Below, piece after piece: positions 39,762 to 49,036 of a DNA stretch of 64,000 nucleotides (its first letter is position 1; every line of letters starts with the position of its first letter). Below the pieces are notes generated by a model. That model ran no database searches. It was not told the origin of the DNA and saw only the letters and a list, made by a program, of their open reading frames with translations. The position numbers and the translations under genes are program-made. The DNA is from a virus (taxonomy: Duplodnaviria > Caudoviricetes), in IMG/VR virus record IMGVR_UViG_3300013307_000671, positions 70,909 through 134,908 of that record; one strand, written 5' to 3'.

Positions 39762-39900
39762 TTTCTTTTCTCTCTAAAGTGAGTTAACAATCAGTTTCGT
39801 TTCGATAAAAGAAGTATACGCATTAATGACAACAATCGCAAGCACTTTTTTCATTTTTTATCAGAAAATAAAAAACCACTCGAAGGCGGCTATCCGGTAT

Positions 39901-40113
39901 TTAACCAGGCATGATTACATGCTCAATATCTTTGTAGCTGAAATGATATTTACCTTTTCCATCAGGTGAATCATCAAGTAAGCCACAAAATGTCGTTTCA
40001 TCTACGTGACTGACGAATTCAACCTCAAGACATTCTCCCAGATATAAGAGTATCCCTGCGTTTTCTGGTAAGCCCCGATAATCTTGGATTTTTTCTGTCA
40101 GCTTCTGTGTCAT
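39901..40113 (-). CDS. small hypothetical protein, paralogue of 40861-41076
   Basis: LPE..G.LL.....EVEFVSH.DE..F.G..YHF.Y.DI.HV. Confidence 0.8.
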   Translation of the reverse strand: MTQKLTEKIQDYRGLPENAGILLYLGECLEVEFVSHVDETTFCGLLDDSPDGKGKYHFSYKDIEHVIMPG

Positions 40114-40168
40114 ATATACCTCTATAAAGATAAAGAAAACGGGGCCACTTTACGGCAGCCTATTCGCA

Positions 40169-40309
40169 TTATGCGTATTCAACTTCTTCACGACGACCGC
40201 GAACGGTCTTATTGTGCTTTTTGTTATCACGCTTTCCAGAAAGCTGCTCACGTCCTGCTTTTTTAGACTTACCGAACTTCTCAACGTGGTTAGCAGAAGA
40301 GTTATGCAT
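40169..40309 (-). CDS. 46-aa basic peptide, copy 1 (T7 gp1.1-like)
   Basis: MHNSSANHVEKFGKSKKAGREQLSGKRDNKKHNKTVRGRREEVEYA; RBS AAGGT; missed by ORF track. Confidence 0.8.
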   Translation of the reverse strand: MHNSSANHVEKFGKSKKAGREQLSGKRDNKKHNKTVRGRREEVEYA

Positions 40310-40367
40310 TTTTATTACCTTTTAAGTTTACAGTTTGTATTTAGGCTTCTCGCCTCTCAATGAATAT

Positions 40368-40396
40368 AGTATATGACAACAAAAAGTTTTGCACAA
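40368..40396 (-). promoter_or_regulatory. sigma70 promoter with motif abutting -10
   Basis: TTGTGC-AAAACTTTTTG-TTGTCA-TATACT. Confidence 0.8.
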
Positions 40397-40423
40397 GTAT
40401 TATTTTCATTTTTCAGAAAATAA

Positions 40424-40741
40424 TTACCGTTTCGGCTTTTTAACTCTGACAGGCGGATTCAAATAGTCCAATACCTGAGCCGCCATTCCATGCTGACCAA
40501 TCTCTTTTAAATGCTCAGCGTAGCGGCTCACGCCCTCTTTTCGCACGTCTTCAAGCAACCTATCAGTCTCAGGCGTCAACGTAGCCAGCTCTTCCTGAGC
40601 GCTCTCAACGCTATCCGTGAATATCTCACCATGTTGGTTAAAAGCAGCCTCATCCACAGCCTTCGCCCAGCCCAATACTGACTGCTTCAGCAATGCATTT
40701 TCTACTAGCAACTTCTGTATCGCCTGCTCATGCTCAGTCAT
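40424..40741 (-). CDS. lambdoid Eae/Ea22-like hypothetical protein
   Basis: ENALLK...TPETDRLLEDVRKEGV resembles the TPATDAFLAEVRAQGV motif. Confidence 0.7.
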   Translation of the reverse strand: MTEHEQAIQKLLVENALLKQSVLGWAKAVDEAAFNQHGEIFTDSVESAQEELATLTPETDRLLEDVRKEGVSRYAEHLKEIGQHGMAAQVLDYLNPPVRVKKPKR

Positions 40742-40860
40742 GACACACCTCATCTCGTTTAATCAGATCATTATATGACAACAATAAAAGCAACACAAGA
40801 CAAATTTAAAATGATAAGCCTCTCTTAAAAGAAAACCGCCCGAAGGCGGCTATCTGGTAT

Positions 40861-41076
40861 TTAACCATACACCATTACATGGTCAATATCTTCGTATTTG
40901 AAATGATACTCATGATTATCATAGCGAGAATCCTCCTTCACACCAGAGAATCGCGCTTCATCAAAATGGCTTACAAACTCCACTTCACGACCATCAATCA
41001 TTTTCAGCAATGTGCCAGTGCGCTCCGGCAGATGCTGATATTCTTTAAACTTTTGCTGCGCCAGCGTCTGTGTCAT
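40861..41076 (-). CDS. small hypothetical protein, paralogue of 39901-40113
   Basis: Start MTQTL, RBS GAGGT. Confidence 0.8.
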   Translation of the reverse strand: MTQTLAQQKFKEYQHLPERTGTLLKMIDGREVEFVSHFDEARFSGVKEDSRYDNHEYHFKYEDIDHVMVYG

Positions 41077-41126
41077 ATTAACCTCTGTCAAAGAAAACAA
41101 GGCCACCTCACGGCAGCCTATTCGCA

Positions 41127-41267
41127 TTATGCGTATTCAACTTCTTCACGACGACCGCGAACGGTCTTATTGTGCTTCTTGTTATCACGCTTTCCAGAAA
41201 GCTGCTCACGGCCTGCTTTCTTAGATTTACCAAACTTCTCAACGTGATTCGCAGATGAACTATGCAT
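41127..41267 (-). CDS. 46-aa basic peptide, copy 2
   Basis: 45/46 identical to copy 1; other changes synonymous. Confidence 0.8.
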   Translation of the reverse strand: MHSSSANHVEKFGKSKKAGREQLSGKRDNKKHNKTVRGRREEVEYA

Positions 41268-41415
41268 TTTATTACCTTTAGATTTTCAGTTTATATTCAG
41301 GCTTCTCGCCTCTCAATGAATACAGTATATGACAACACTAAGTCTTGCACAAGTATTATTTTCATTTTTTACAAACTTATTTAAAACAAAGCTGCCTGGA
41401 GGCAGCTTATCTTTC

Positions 41416-42126
41416 TTAACCATCATACTTCCAACCGCGATCAACTACGATTTCCGATTCTTTACCGCTTGACTTAAACATACCATCAAAAAGTTTTGCC
41501 AGCTCAGATGAGCTATTAAAACTCGGCAAATCCATACCATGACAGCCCGGATGGAAATCATGTGAGTTTCCTTCCATTATCTCCACGCCATTAACCTCGA
41601 CACGTTCCATATCACAAGACCTGTCAATACTTATCTTGATGGTGTTATGTTCCAGTGTTATAATGTCTCGCTTATCAAGATAACACTCTACATCAAACTC
41701 ATCATCGCTAAGTAAAAAATCTTCATCTTCACCAAAAACTACTTTTCCGCCCATATCCTTTACTGCAGCGATCAGAAGCTCAATAAACTCATCTGCGCTA
41801 TTGGCTTTCGTTTTCGCATAGTAATACCGTTTTTTCTCATGCTCTGAGCGCTCCTTCATGTATTCTTCCATATAAGCATCTTCATATTCATGCTTCTCAT
41901 GATACATGAGCGCACTATAGGAGTCGATCAGCAAATCTTCTTCGTTATGTTCAAAATCATAAGGATTGCCCTCAAAAAGAAAGCTCTCATTGAAAAGAAT
42001 AAAAATCCTTGAGCTTACCGGATTGATAACCTTCCTGAGCGTGTTATCAGAACCAATCATCTTCGCCCCAATACGTTCAAGCTAACGCTTTGCGTTAGCT
42101 ACATTATTCGCGTTTTCGTTTGCCAT
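41416..42126 (-). pseudogene. acidic hypothetical protein with in-frame TAG at codon 15 (or restart at 42060)
   Basis: RBS GGAGAG-ATG at 42126 gives MANENANNVANAKR*LERIGAKMIGSD... Confidence 0.55.
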
Positions 42127-42244
42127 ATGACTCTCCAGTTAAAACACTATTATAACATCTCGCCTTATGCCAAACAATAAAAAGCCGCCCGGAGGCGGCT
42201 TCTTAATCAGCTTATCTTATATCCTTTATAAATGCCTTTAGCGT

Positions 42245-42631
42245 TTACAATTTCCAGAAGCGAATCTTGTAAGCCATCATCATCAGCGCATAAATCCACA
42301 AGATCGCAGCGCAAGCTGACGCGTTAAACCAGTATTTTGACATCAAGCCTTGAATCAACAGAAGCAACGGCAACTTAAGCATACCAAGAAAAATCTCTGA
42401 TGTGCTGAAAGAAAATGTCCGTGGAACTGAAAACGCTTTGTTCATAAAAATCGCATAACAAACAATACCACATATTGCCAGGAAAGCATTTAACGATGAG
42501 AGGATTACCATGAAAGGAAAAAAAACATCAACGTAATGAGCCAGAACACTAACGACTATAGTCGCTAATAAAACAAATTCGCTGTTAATCCCGAAAGATA
42601 AACGTTTAACGCTATTATTAATCGTTGTCAT
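42245..42631 (-). CDS. 4-TM membrane protein, tandem paralogue of 42809-43192
   Basis: TFSFSTSE..LG..KLPLLL.IQG.MSK.WF...MAYKIR.WK. Confidence 0.8.
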   Translation of the reverse strand: MTTINNSVKRLSFGINSEFVLLATIVVSVLAHYVDVFFPFMVILSSLNAFLAICGIVCYAIFMNKAFSVPRTFSFSTSEIFLGMLKLPLLLLIQGLMSKYWFNASACAAILWIYALMMMAYKIRFWKL

Positions 42632-42808
42632 TTTATGCCTCATTGTGGATAGATTGGACGCTCGATTTCGATAAATACAGTATATGACAACATTCGAGCA
42701 TGCACAAGCTTTATTTCCTCTAAAATAAACCTTAATGAAAGGCCTCTCTTAAAAAGAAAAACCGCCCGAAGGCGGTCTATAAATTCTTACTTATCAGCAA
42801 TTCTAGGT

Positions 42809-43192
42809 TTATGCTTTCCAGAGACGAATCTTATACGCCATAATCATAGCCGCATAAACCCACAACATCTCAGCGTGAAGCGGTATATCAAACCAGAATT
42901 TTGACATCATACCCTGAATAACCAGAAGCAGTGGCAGCTTAAATAAGCCAAGTAAAACCTCTGACGTGCTGAAAGAAAATGTCTTTGCCGCAGAAAAACT
43001 TTCCTTAAGGAAAATCGTATAGCAAAAAATACCCCATAATGTTACCGCAGTGCTATATGCTACAGCCAGACATAGGGCAAGATAAAGCGAGTCATTGAAA
43101 TGCGCCGCAACACTACATGCTATAGACACTAATAAAATCGATATGCTATTAATAAAAAAAGATACGGCTTTATTACTCTTAACATTTGTCAT
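42809..43192 (-). CDS. 4-TM membrane protein, tandem paralogue
   Basis: RBS GAGG, paralogy. Confidence 0.8.
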   Translation of the reverse strand: MTNVKSNKAVSFFINSISILLVSIACSVAAHFNDSLYLALCLAVAYSTAVTLWGIFCYTIFLKESFSAAKTFSFSTSEVLLGLFKLPLLLVIQGMMSKFWFDIPLHAEMLWVYAAMIMAYKIRLWKA

Positions 43193-43338
43193 TGTGATGC
43201 CTCATTTCAGATTGATTACTTACTCGTTTTCAATAAATACAGTATACGACAACAATCAATTATGCACAAGCATTATTTCCTCTAAAATAAACCTTAATAA
43301 AGGCCTCTCTTAAAAAGAAAAACCGCCCGGAGGCGGTC

Positions 43339-43632
43339 TTAGAAGTAATACTTACGGGTTTTCTGTCGTCCGTTAGGATAGTATGTTGTTTGAACCAAAG
43401 GGCGACCAAAGTGACGGACCAGTTTGCTGATTTCAACACGGTCCTTAACAGCACATATCATCGATTTTTTCATTTCATAAAGAAAATCCACACACTTCAG
43501 AGATGCAATGATAAGCTTCCACACGACCAAACCGAATACAATCGAGAGAACTGCAGATAGCACTACAACAGGAATATAAACAGTTAAAATATACTCACCA
43601 AAAAACATCAGGAAATCAATGAATTTTTGCAT
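43339..43632 (-). CDS. small membrane protein
   Basis: Start MQKFI, RBS GAGG. Confidence 0.75.
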   Translation of the reverse strand: MQKFIDFLMFFGEYILTVYIPVVVLSAVLSIVFGLVVWKLIIASLKCVDFLYEMKKSMICAVKDRVEISKLVRHFGRPLVQTTYYPNGRQKTRKYYF

Positions 43633-43769
43633 TTTTAGAGCCTCTTTCGTTTCGATGAATACATTATATGACAACAATAAATCATGCGCAAGCATTATTC
43701 TCCTAAAAGAAACTTTAATGAAAAGCCTCTCTTAAAAAGAAAAAACCGCCCGGAGGCGGTCTATTTCAC

Positions 43770-44405
43770 TCAGTCTTCATCACACTCATCATCTTCACGA
43801 TAACCATAATGTGATTCCAGATAGTCTTTCGCCTTGATCATCACCTCAGCGATATCTTCCGACCAGTCAACAATCACTTTGTTATGACGGCGCTCGATGG
43901 TGGTTGCCTGATACAGATCGCCTTCTTTGACCAGATAAACGTTATCACTGAACTTCTCATACTCTACAACCGACGAGATATTCAGTTCAACCTTAACGTA
44001 TTCAGTCCCTTTACCAGCCCAGCCATCACACTTAACAGGCTTGATTACCCGGAATAAATCCTTTAACGCCTCAGCCGCTATGCGCAGATCTGCTTCATCA
44101 TCATACAGATTTACACCAACGCCATACTGACGAGAGGATGTGTTATAACCCGCTTCCTTAAGCTTCTTTTCTGCCAGAAACTTAGAGCGAAACGCATACA
44201 TCTCATCGCTTGAGTTATCTAAATCAAGCATAAACAAAATCTCTTCATCGCTACCCGTGAAGCCCTCAGCAAATGCCTTCGCAATCTTCGTCTGAATGCC
44301 AGAGCGAACCCTATACGCAGAATCAAGAACTTTACGCGCATCTTCACATTTTACATCAGCTTCTTCACGCGATTTCAGCAGACCAGCGATTTTTTCATTC
44401 AGCAT
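43770..44405 (-). CDS. hypothetical protein
   Basis: Start MLNEK downstream of promoter. Confidence 0.8.
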   Translation of the reverse strand: MLNEKIAGLLKSREEADVKCEDARKVLDSAYRVRSGIQTKIAKAFAEGFTGSDEEILFMLDLDNSSDEMYAFRSKFLAEKKLKEAGYNTSSRQYGVGVNLYDDEADLRIAAEALKDLFRVIKPVKCDGWAGKGTEYVKVELNISSVVEYEKFSDNVYLVKEGDLYQATTIERRHNKVIVDWSEDIAEVMIKAKDYLESHYGYREDDECDED

Positions 44406-44530
44406 TTTAGTTTCTCTTTCAGGTTTAACTGCCCGTTTCAATAAAAACAGTATAGGCTTTAATGACAACAATAGCAAGCTTTTTATCACATTAAACAAAA
44501 AAACCGCCCGGAGGCGGCTTTTATCTCTTA

Positions 44531-44818
44531 TCAAACAAGCTCATTCAGGCTCTCGATGATTCGGTATTTCTGAGCAAAGCTTCGAGTCGTCAGACTAAGC
44601 GCCGTTCTGTGCCAAATCACTTCTGACATTACGCCTTCTTTTTCAGCAAAGGTGCGCAGCTCCAGAAAACCATCTTCACTGATATAGCCTGCGCAAAGCG
44701 ATTTATAATTCTCTCCCTGAAAATAAAACTCTTTCAGGTCTTTGGTTTTCTTGTTTACATTGAACTTTTCAATCAGCTCACTCAAAGTTAGCTCATATTT
44801 TACAGGCGTTTTATTCAT
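44531..44818 (-). CDS. hypothetical protein
   Basis: RBS GAGGA. Confidence 0.75.
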   Translation of the reverse strand: MNKTPVKYELTLSELIEKFNVNKKTKDLKEFYFQGENYKSLCAGYISEDGFLELRTFAEKEGVMSEVIWHRTALSLTTRSFAQKYRIIESLNELV

Positions 44819-44850
44819 GATGTTCTTCCTCTGATTGCTTAGATGTTTTA

Positions 44851-45123
44851 TTAAATTTCAAAAGCGTCTGGATAAGTGCGTTCAAGAACAGTTTCACATA
44901 AAGAAAAATCTACATACTTTTCTTTGAGGAAAAGTTTTGCTTCTTCTACACTTTTGAAAGTATATGACACATAACAACTTTCATCACTACGCGGATCACC
45001 AGAAAAATATTTACACACTTTCCAAAAACTAAAAAGTCCAAGAAAAACTTTCTTTTCTTCTACAACGTAATACTGCTTATTAAAGCTTTCATCTGTAACA
45101 TGCAGAATTCTGAATTCTTTCAT
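44851..45123 (-). CDS. hypothetical protein (Y.VE...FLG...W family, cf. 56352, 58191)
   Basis: Shared motif and F....EA...L. Confidence 0.75.
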   Translation of the reverse strand: MKEFRILHVTDESFNKQYYVVEEKKVFLGLFSFWKVCKYFSGDPRSDESCYVSYTFKSVEEAKLFLKEKYVDFSLCETVLERTYPDAFEI

Positions 45124-45302
45124 TTTTTACGTCTCTTTAAAGTTTAATCACCCGTTTCAATAAAAACAGTATAGGTTTTAATGACAACAATAGCAAGCTT
45201 TTTCTTACCACATTAAACAAAAAAGAGGCCTGAGCCTCTTTCTTTTTTTTCTTACTAGATTACAACAGTTTATTAAAACAAAAACCGCCCGGAGGCGGCT
45301 TA

Positions 45303-45881
45303 TTATTCAGCTTCTTTTGAGAAAAACTCTTCTAATGAAAACACTTTTCCTAAAGCATTAAAAGGCTTCAACTTAGGCTCATCCCCCGAATGAAACTCAT
45401 ATCCAACTATCTCATCCACTTTAAAATACGCCCCCAGCATTGAATAAAAAGGAATTTCCCTATCTGAGCTTAATAACTCATAAGCTTTCTGCAGCTCAGC
45501 CTCAACTGCAGCTTTGCTCTCGCCCCACACTATTCTATAACCAGGCGGTAAATAAGAACGTTGCGTTCCTATAGAAGCCTCTACCACGAAGCACTCCAAA
45601 TCATCTTTCGACACCAACTCAACTAATATTGGCTTATAGCATGACCACAAATCATTAAATTTGTCGTAAAAGAAAAAATTCTTCTCAGGAAATTCCTGAC
45701 CCTCAAAAACAAACTCAGAACAATCATGTTGATTTTTATTAAGTTTATCAACATAATCGTCCATCGCGTAAAATAAACGTTTCTTGAAATCTTCTACATC
45801 TTTAACAGCAAAAAGAAGATCACAGGCAGAAAAATCATGTTGAAATGAATTGCAACCTGATGGTGATAGCAAATAATGCAT
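45303..45881 (-). CDS. hypothetical protein
   Basis: Start MHYLL, RBS GAGGT. Confidence 0.75.
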   Translation of the reverse strand: MHYLLSPSGCNSFQHDFSACDLLFAVKDVEDFKKRLFYAMDDYVDKLNKNQHDCSEFVFEGQEFPEKNFFFYDKFNDLWSCYKPILVELVSKDDLECFVVEASIGTQRSYLPPGYRIVWGESKAAVEAELQKAYELLSSDREIPFYSMLGAYFKVDEIVGYEFHSGDEPKLKPFNALGKVFSLEEFFSKEAE

Positions 45882-45954
45882 AACTGATACCTCATTAATA
45901 TAAGTTTTTTTATTATAGTTTTTTTCAGCATGCAGTACAATATTCTTCAACAAT

Positions 45955-45977
45955 AAAAAACCGCCCGTAGGCGGCTT
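45955..45977 (-). terminator. intrinsic terminator, cUACGg loop
   Basis: AAGCCGCC-TACG-GGCGGTTTTTT. Confidence 0.8.
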
Positions 45978-45984
45978 CTTTTTA

Positions 45985-46428
45985 TTAATCTCGTTCACTA
46001 TATGCGTAATCAAGCTGCCCAGCCAACTCTTCCGGCTCCCAAGCAACATGGTCGCCCTGGTCTTCGATAATCCCTTCTGGATCAACAAAACTCACCGATT
46101 TATAACCGGGGAATCCCGCATCAACCACATCCTCAAAGCGGATTTCCATACGGCCTGACTCAGCCAAATATGTGCTTGTCTGACCTTCTTTGTCAACGTT
46201 ATGAATCACTCCGTTATCATCAACAAAGACATACTTGCCTTTAAGATGGTCAGCAATACTCTCCATCGCTGCAGCTACTGATCCAAACACCGGATAAACG
46301 CCTGAATCAATCTCAATATTTTCTTCCGACACCTTCACTTTCTCAGAAGATAAAGTGATCGTATCGCTATCAGCAAAATAAGTGTGAATCTGCGTATTTT
46401 CCAGCACAAAAAATAAAGGACTCATCAT
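45985..46428 (-). CDS. acidic hypothetical protein
   Basis: RBS GAGGA. Confidence 0.8.
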   Translation of the reverse strand: MMSPLFFVLENTQIHTYFADSDTITLSSEKVKVSEENIEIDSGVYPVFGSVAAAMESIADHLKGKYVFVDDNGVIHNVDKEGQTSTYLAESGRMEIRFEDVVDAGFPGYKSVSFVDPEGIIEDQGDHVAWEPEELAGQLDYAYSERD

Positions 46429-46561
46429 AGCCACTTCCTCAGCAATCTCAGTTTCAATACAGATAGTATAGATTTTTATGACAACAAAAGCAAGCTTTTT
46501 AAAAGCGACTTAAATGAAAAAGCTCTCCTTTAAAATACAAAGCGAGAGCCTTTCTATAATC

Positions 46562-46915
46562 TTATTCGCAGTCCTGCAAAATGGTTAAATGCTCTTCAAG
46601 ACTTCCTTGAATATCTATCTTAAATAACTCCCCTTCAATCTCCGCAAAGATATAAGGCGCACTATGCCTGCTGCTATAATAAATACCATATCCTTTGAAA
46701 ACCAATGTGCTATATGCGTAAACTTCCAGATACTGAAGATCTTCTTTATTTAATGGCTTACGATCTTTTTTTATGAAGGAAATATTATGACGGCAGCTAA
46801 TCTCACCTTTATCACCGACTTTTATATTCCAGCTATTGATAACATCAATGTTATCATGCGAAATCTCTTTTAACATCACACCATTACTTGCGAAGATCAT
46901 AACTTTGTTTTTCAT
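46562..46915 (-). CDS. hypothetical protein
   Basis: RBS AAGGA. Confidence 0.75.
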   Translation of the reverse strand: MKNKVMIFASNGVMLKEISHDNIDVINSWNIKVGDKGEISCRHNISFIKKDRKPLNKEDLQYLEVYAYSTLVFKGYGIYYSSRHSAPYIFAEIEGELFKIDIQGSLEEHLTILQDCE

Positions 46916-46964
46916 TTTTAATCCTTAAGTTAGCTGCCCATAGCATAGAGCATCAGATGTTTAG

Positions 46965-47318
46965 TTAAAAAAATTCGTTTTCAGCTCTGATTTCAAGCTC
47001 TTTGAAATAACCTGTCCGGTCAAGCTTCTGATAAGCCTCTGAGCCATACGCCGGATCAATCTCGTTCCAGTGTGCCAGATTCAACGCACCACCGTTATCC
47101 AGATGCGCCGTTATCTTATCAATACGCTTTTTCTGAATATCTGAAATCTCTTCCAGGCTCATCATTACCGTTGTTAAATCCGAATCGTTCAGAGCAAAAC
47201 GACGACCTTCAACATCCTCAGCAACAACAATAACTGATGTTTCTACCACTTTACCACCATCTTCGTTAAAACCATTCTCAAAGAGGTAATCCATAGTGAA
47301 AATATCAAGCTCTTTCAT
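46965..47318 (-). CDS. acidic hypothetical protein (W....PAYGS.AY motif)
   Basis: RBS AGGAG. Confidence 0.8.
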   Translation of the reverse strand: MKELDIFTMDYLFENGFNEDGGKVVETSVIVVAEDVEGRRFALNDSDLTTVMMSLEEISDIQKKRIDKITAHLDNGGALNLAHWNEIDPAYGSEAYQKLDRTGYFKELEIRAENEFF

Positions 47319-47411
47319 CGCGATCTCCTGCTTTCAATACCATTGATTATAGCAGAACGCCTTTATTGTCACAACCTTTATATGAAAAAACCGCCCGAAG
47401 GCGGCTTGTTT

Positions 47412-47960
47412 TTAAGCTTCGTCGTTAAGCTCTAACCAGCTATGATAATGTTTATCATAGCTTTCAATCTCATAACCTTCAAAGCCCTTCTTACGCGCAT
47501 TTTTCATGCCCGCTTTTGTCGCATTGAGCTTATGCCCCAGCGGTGTTCCAACAAAATAGGTTTCAAAACGCAACATCTTGGCACCCAAACCATCAGCCAG
47601 TTCGAGAACCGCTCCAACGTTATCAAACGTTTTTACTACCTCAGACTTTAATAATACCTCAACACGAATAATCTCAAAGGAGTCCTTTTTGAAAGGGCCT
47701 GGCTTCTCTTCAAGACGACTCAACAAATCATAAATAGCCTTTTCAGCCTCTTTTACTGAGACGAAACGTAAAACTTCATACTCATTTTCATAATCATTAA
47801 TAGCTTGAACCACCAGATCCCAAAAACCTTTCTCACGAAGATAAGCATCAGAAAAATCATGACCGTAATGCTCTACATCCTTTAAAAATAACTCAGGACG
47901 ATTTTTAAGACGCACCACAAAAAACTCTTTATTACCACTCATTTTAATCGCTTTAGCCAT
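47412..47960 (-). CDS. hypothetical protein
   Basis: RBS GGAG. Confidence 0.8.
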   Translation of the reverse strand: MAKAIKMSGNKEFFVVRLKNRPELFLKDVEHYGHDFSDAYLREKGFWDLVVQAINDYENEYEVLRFVSVKEAEKAIYDLLSRLEEKPGPFKKDSFEIIRVEVLLKSEVVKTFDNVGAVLELADGLGAKMLRFETYFVGTPLGHKLNATKAGMKNARKKGFEGYEIESYDKHYHSWLELNDEA

Positions 47961-48088
47961 TTTTACTACTCCAGTAAGATATTAGTAGAATGCCTTAACT
48001 CAATGAAACCACTATACACACTTATGACAACACATTCAAGCTTTTTCTTAAGCCAAACAAAAACCGCCAGTAGGCGGTTCTGTCTGCT

Positions 48089-48937
48089 TTATTTCTTTGA
48101 GATCCTGCCTCTCTTAAAATCAAGTGTCAGCCCTTCTCCTCGATAATCCTGAAATGTTTTACCATCACTCCTGTTAATCAACAGCAGTGGAATCTGCATA
48201 TAACTCTCTTTCGACTTATGAAAAATATCATGATGCGCCAGCAGAGATGTCATCGAAGCATAACCTACCACCGCACCCACCTTCTCAAACAGTGAAAAGT
48301 ATTTTATCAGGCTCTCACGGTCTTCCAGATCCATAAATAAAATATCTGTGTCCCTCAAACTCGCACGGTCCTCTAAAGTCTTTACCTTCCCCGTTAGACG
48401 TCCAAATGTCTGGTTTTCCTTAAAAAGCCTGATATCCCCAATCTGATAGCCAAACGCCTTTATCTCAGAAATCAATAATGCCGTCTTTTCCTCGTTCGAT
48501 TCATCCGGGTTAATCAATATGTCCAGCTTCTCAACATCCTCAGCCAAGCCTTCGCTGATAATCTGCTCCATCAAATTTTTAGGGAAACTCACCCTTCCAT
48601 CTTCCAGATAATGATAGCCAAACTCTTCATGATTTTTCTGATAAGCCTTCCTTAAACGCTCACTCTCCAGCTTTCTCACATTTTCCGGCTCAGCCAGCCT
48701 ATCCCTTACTTTAGCTAAAACCTTCTTGTATTCCACATCTTCTTGCTCAAGAATGTCTATTCCACCTTCAACATCAATAAGTGCAGCATCACCATTTAAC
48801 ACCCGACCTACCTGATACTCATTAATACCCACAAGACACTCCGATAAAGTCTTTTCAGCTTCATCGAAATATCCCTGCAGCATTTTATCACGCACCATGT
48901 TCTGAATCGGATTTGCTCTGGTTTGAAAGTGGCTCAT
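48089..48937 (-). CDS. hypothetical protein
   Basis: 282-aa ORF, RBS AAGGA. Confidence 0.8.
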   Translation of the reverse strand: MSHFQTRANPIQNMVRDKMLQGYFDEAEKTLSECLVGINEYQVGRVLNGDAALIDVEGGIDILEQEDVEYKKVLAKVRDRLAEPENVRKLESERLRKAYQKNHEEFGYHYLEDGRVSFPKNLMEQIISEGLAEDVEKLDILINPDESNEEKTALLISEIKAFGYQIGDIRLFKENQTFGRLTGKVKTLEDRASLRDTDILFMDLEDRESLIKYFSLFEKVGAVVGYASMTSLLAHHDIFHKSKESYMQIPLLLINRSDGKTFQDYRGEGLTLDFKRGRISKK

Positions 48938-49036
48938 CTTTTATCCTTATTATTGTTAATACCTCATTATATCACGCTTATGACAACCATATCAAACCTT
49001 TTGGACATATAAAAAAACCGCCCGGAGGCGGCTCTT

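Larger units (their letters stand above)
39865..41370. repeat. ~540-bp two-gene duplication (39865-40410 and 40830-41370) flanking an unrelated cassette
   Basis: Terminator, paralogous ORF, 46-aa ORF and promoter repeated. Confidence 0.85.
42660..43762. repeat. three ~115-bp intergenic modules (42660-42778, 43222-43340, 43645-43762)
   Basis: Promoter, TCCT(C)TAAAA..AAC.TTAAT.AAA.GCCTCTCTTAAAAAGAAAAACCGCCCG.AGGCGGTCT conserved. Confidence 0.85.

Noticed and set aside
42082-42084. Genome-wide amber (TAG) recoding
   Set aside because: TAG acts as a normal stop elsewhere (8069, 17104, 55475, 61678) and ORFs are not generally fragmented
35820-43250. LexA/SOS boxes in TATACTGTAT promoters
   Set aside because: Only a half-site; no CTG-N10-CAG palindrome completed
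38405-45301. Integron attC cassettes
   Set aside because: No RYYYAAC...GTTRRRY imperfect palindromes or integrase; genes have their own promoters
37999-46088. Long N-terminal extensions in the ORF track (37252-38148, 43770-44534, 45303-46088)
   Set aside because: They read through terminator and promoter DNA; RBS-supported internal ATGs were used instead
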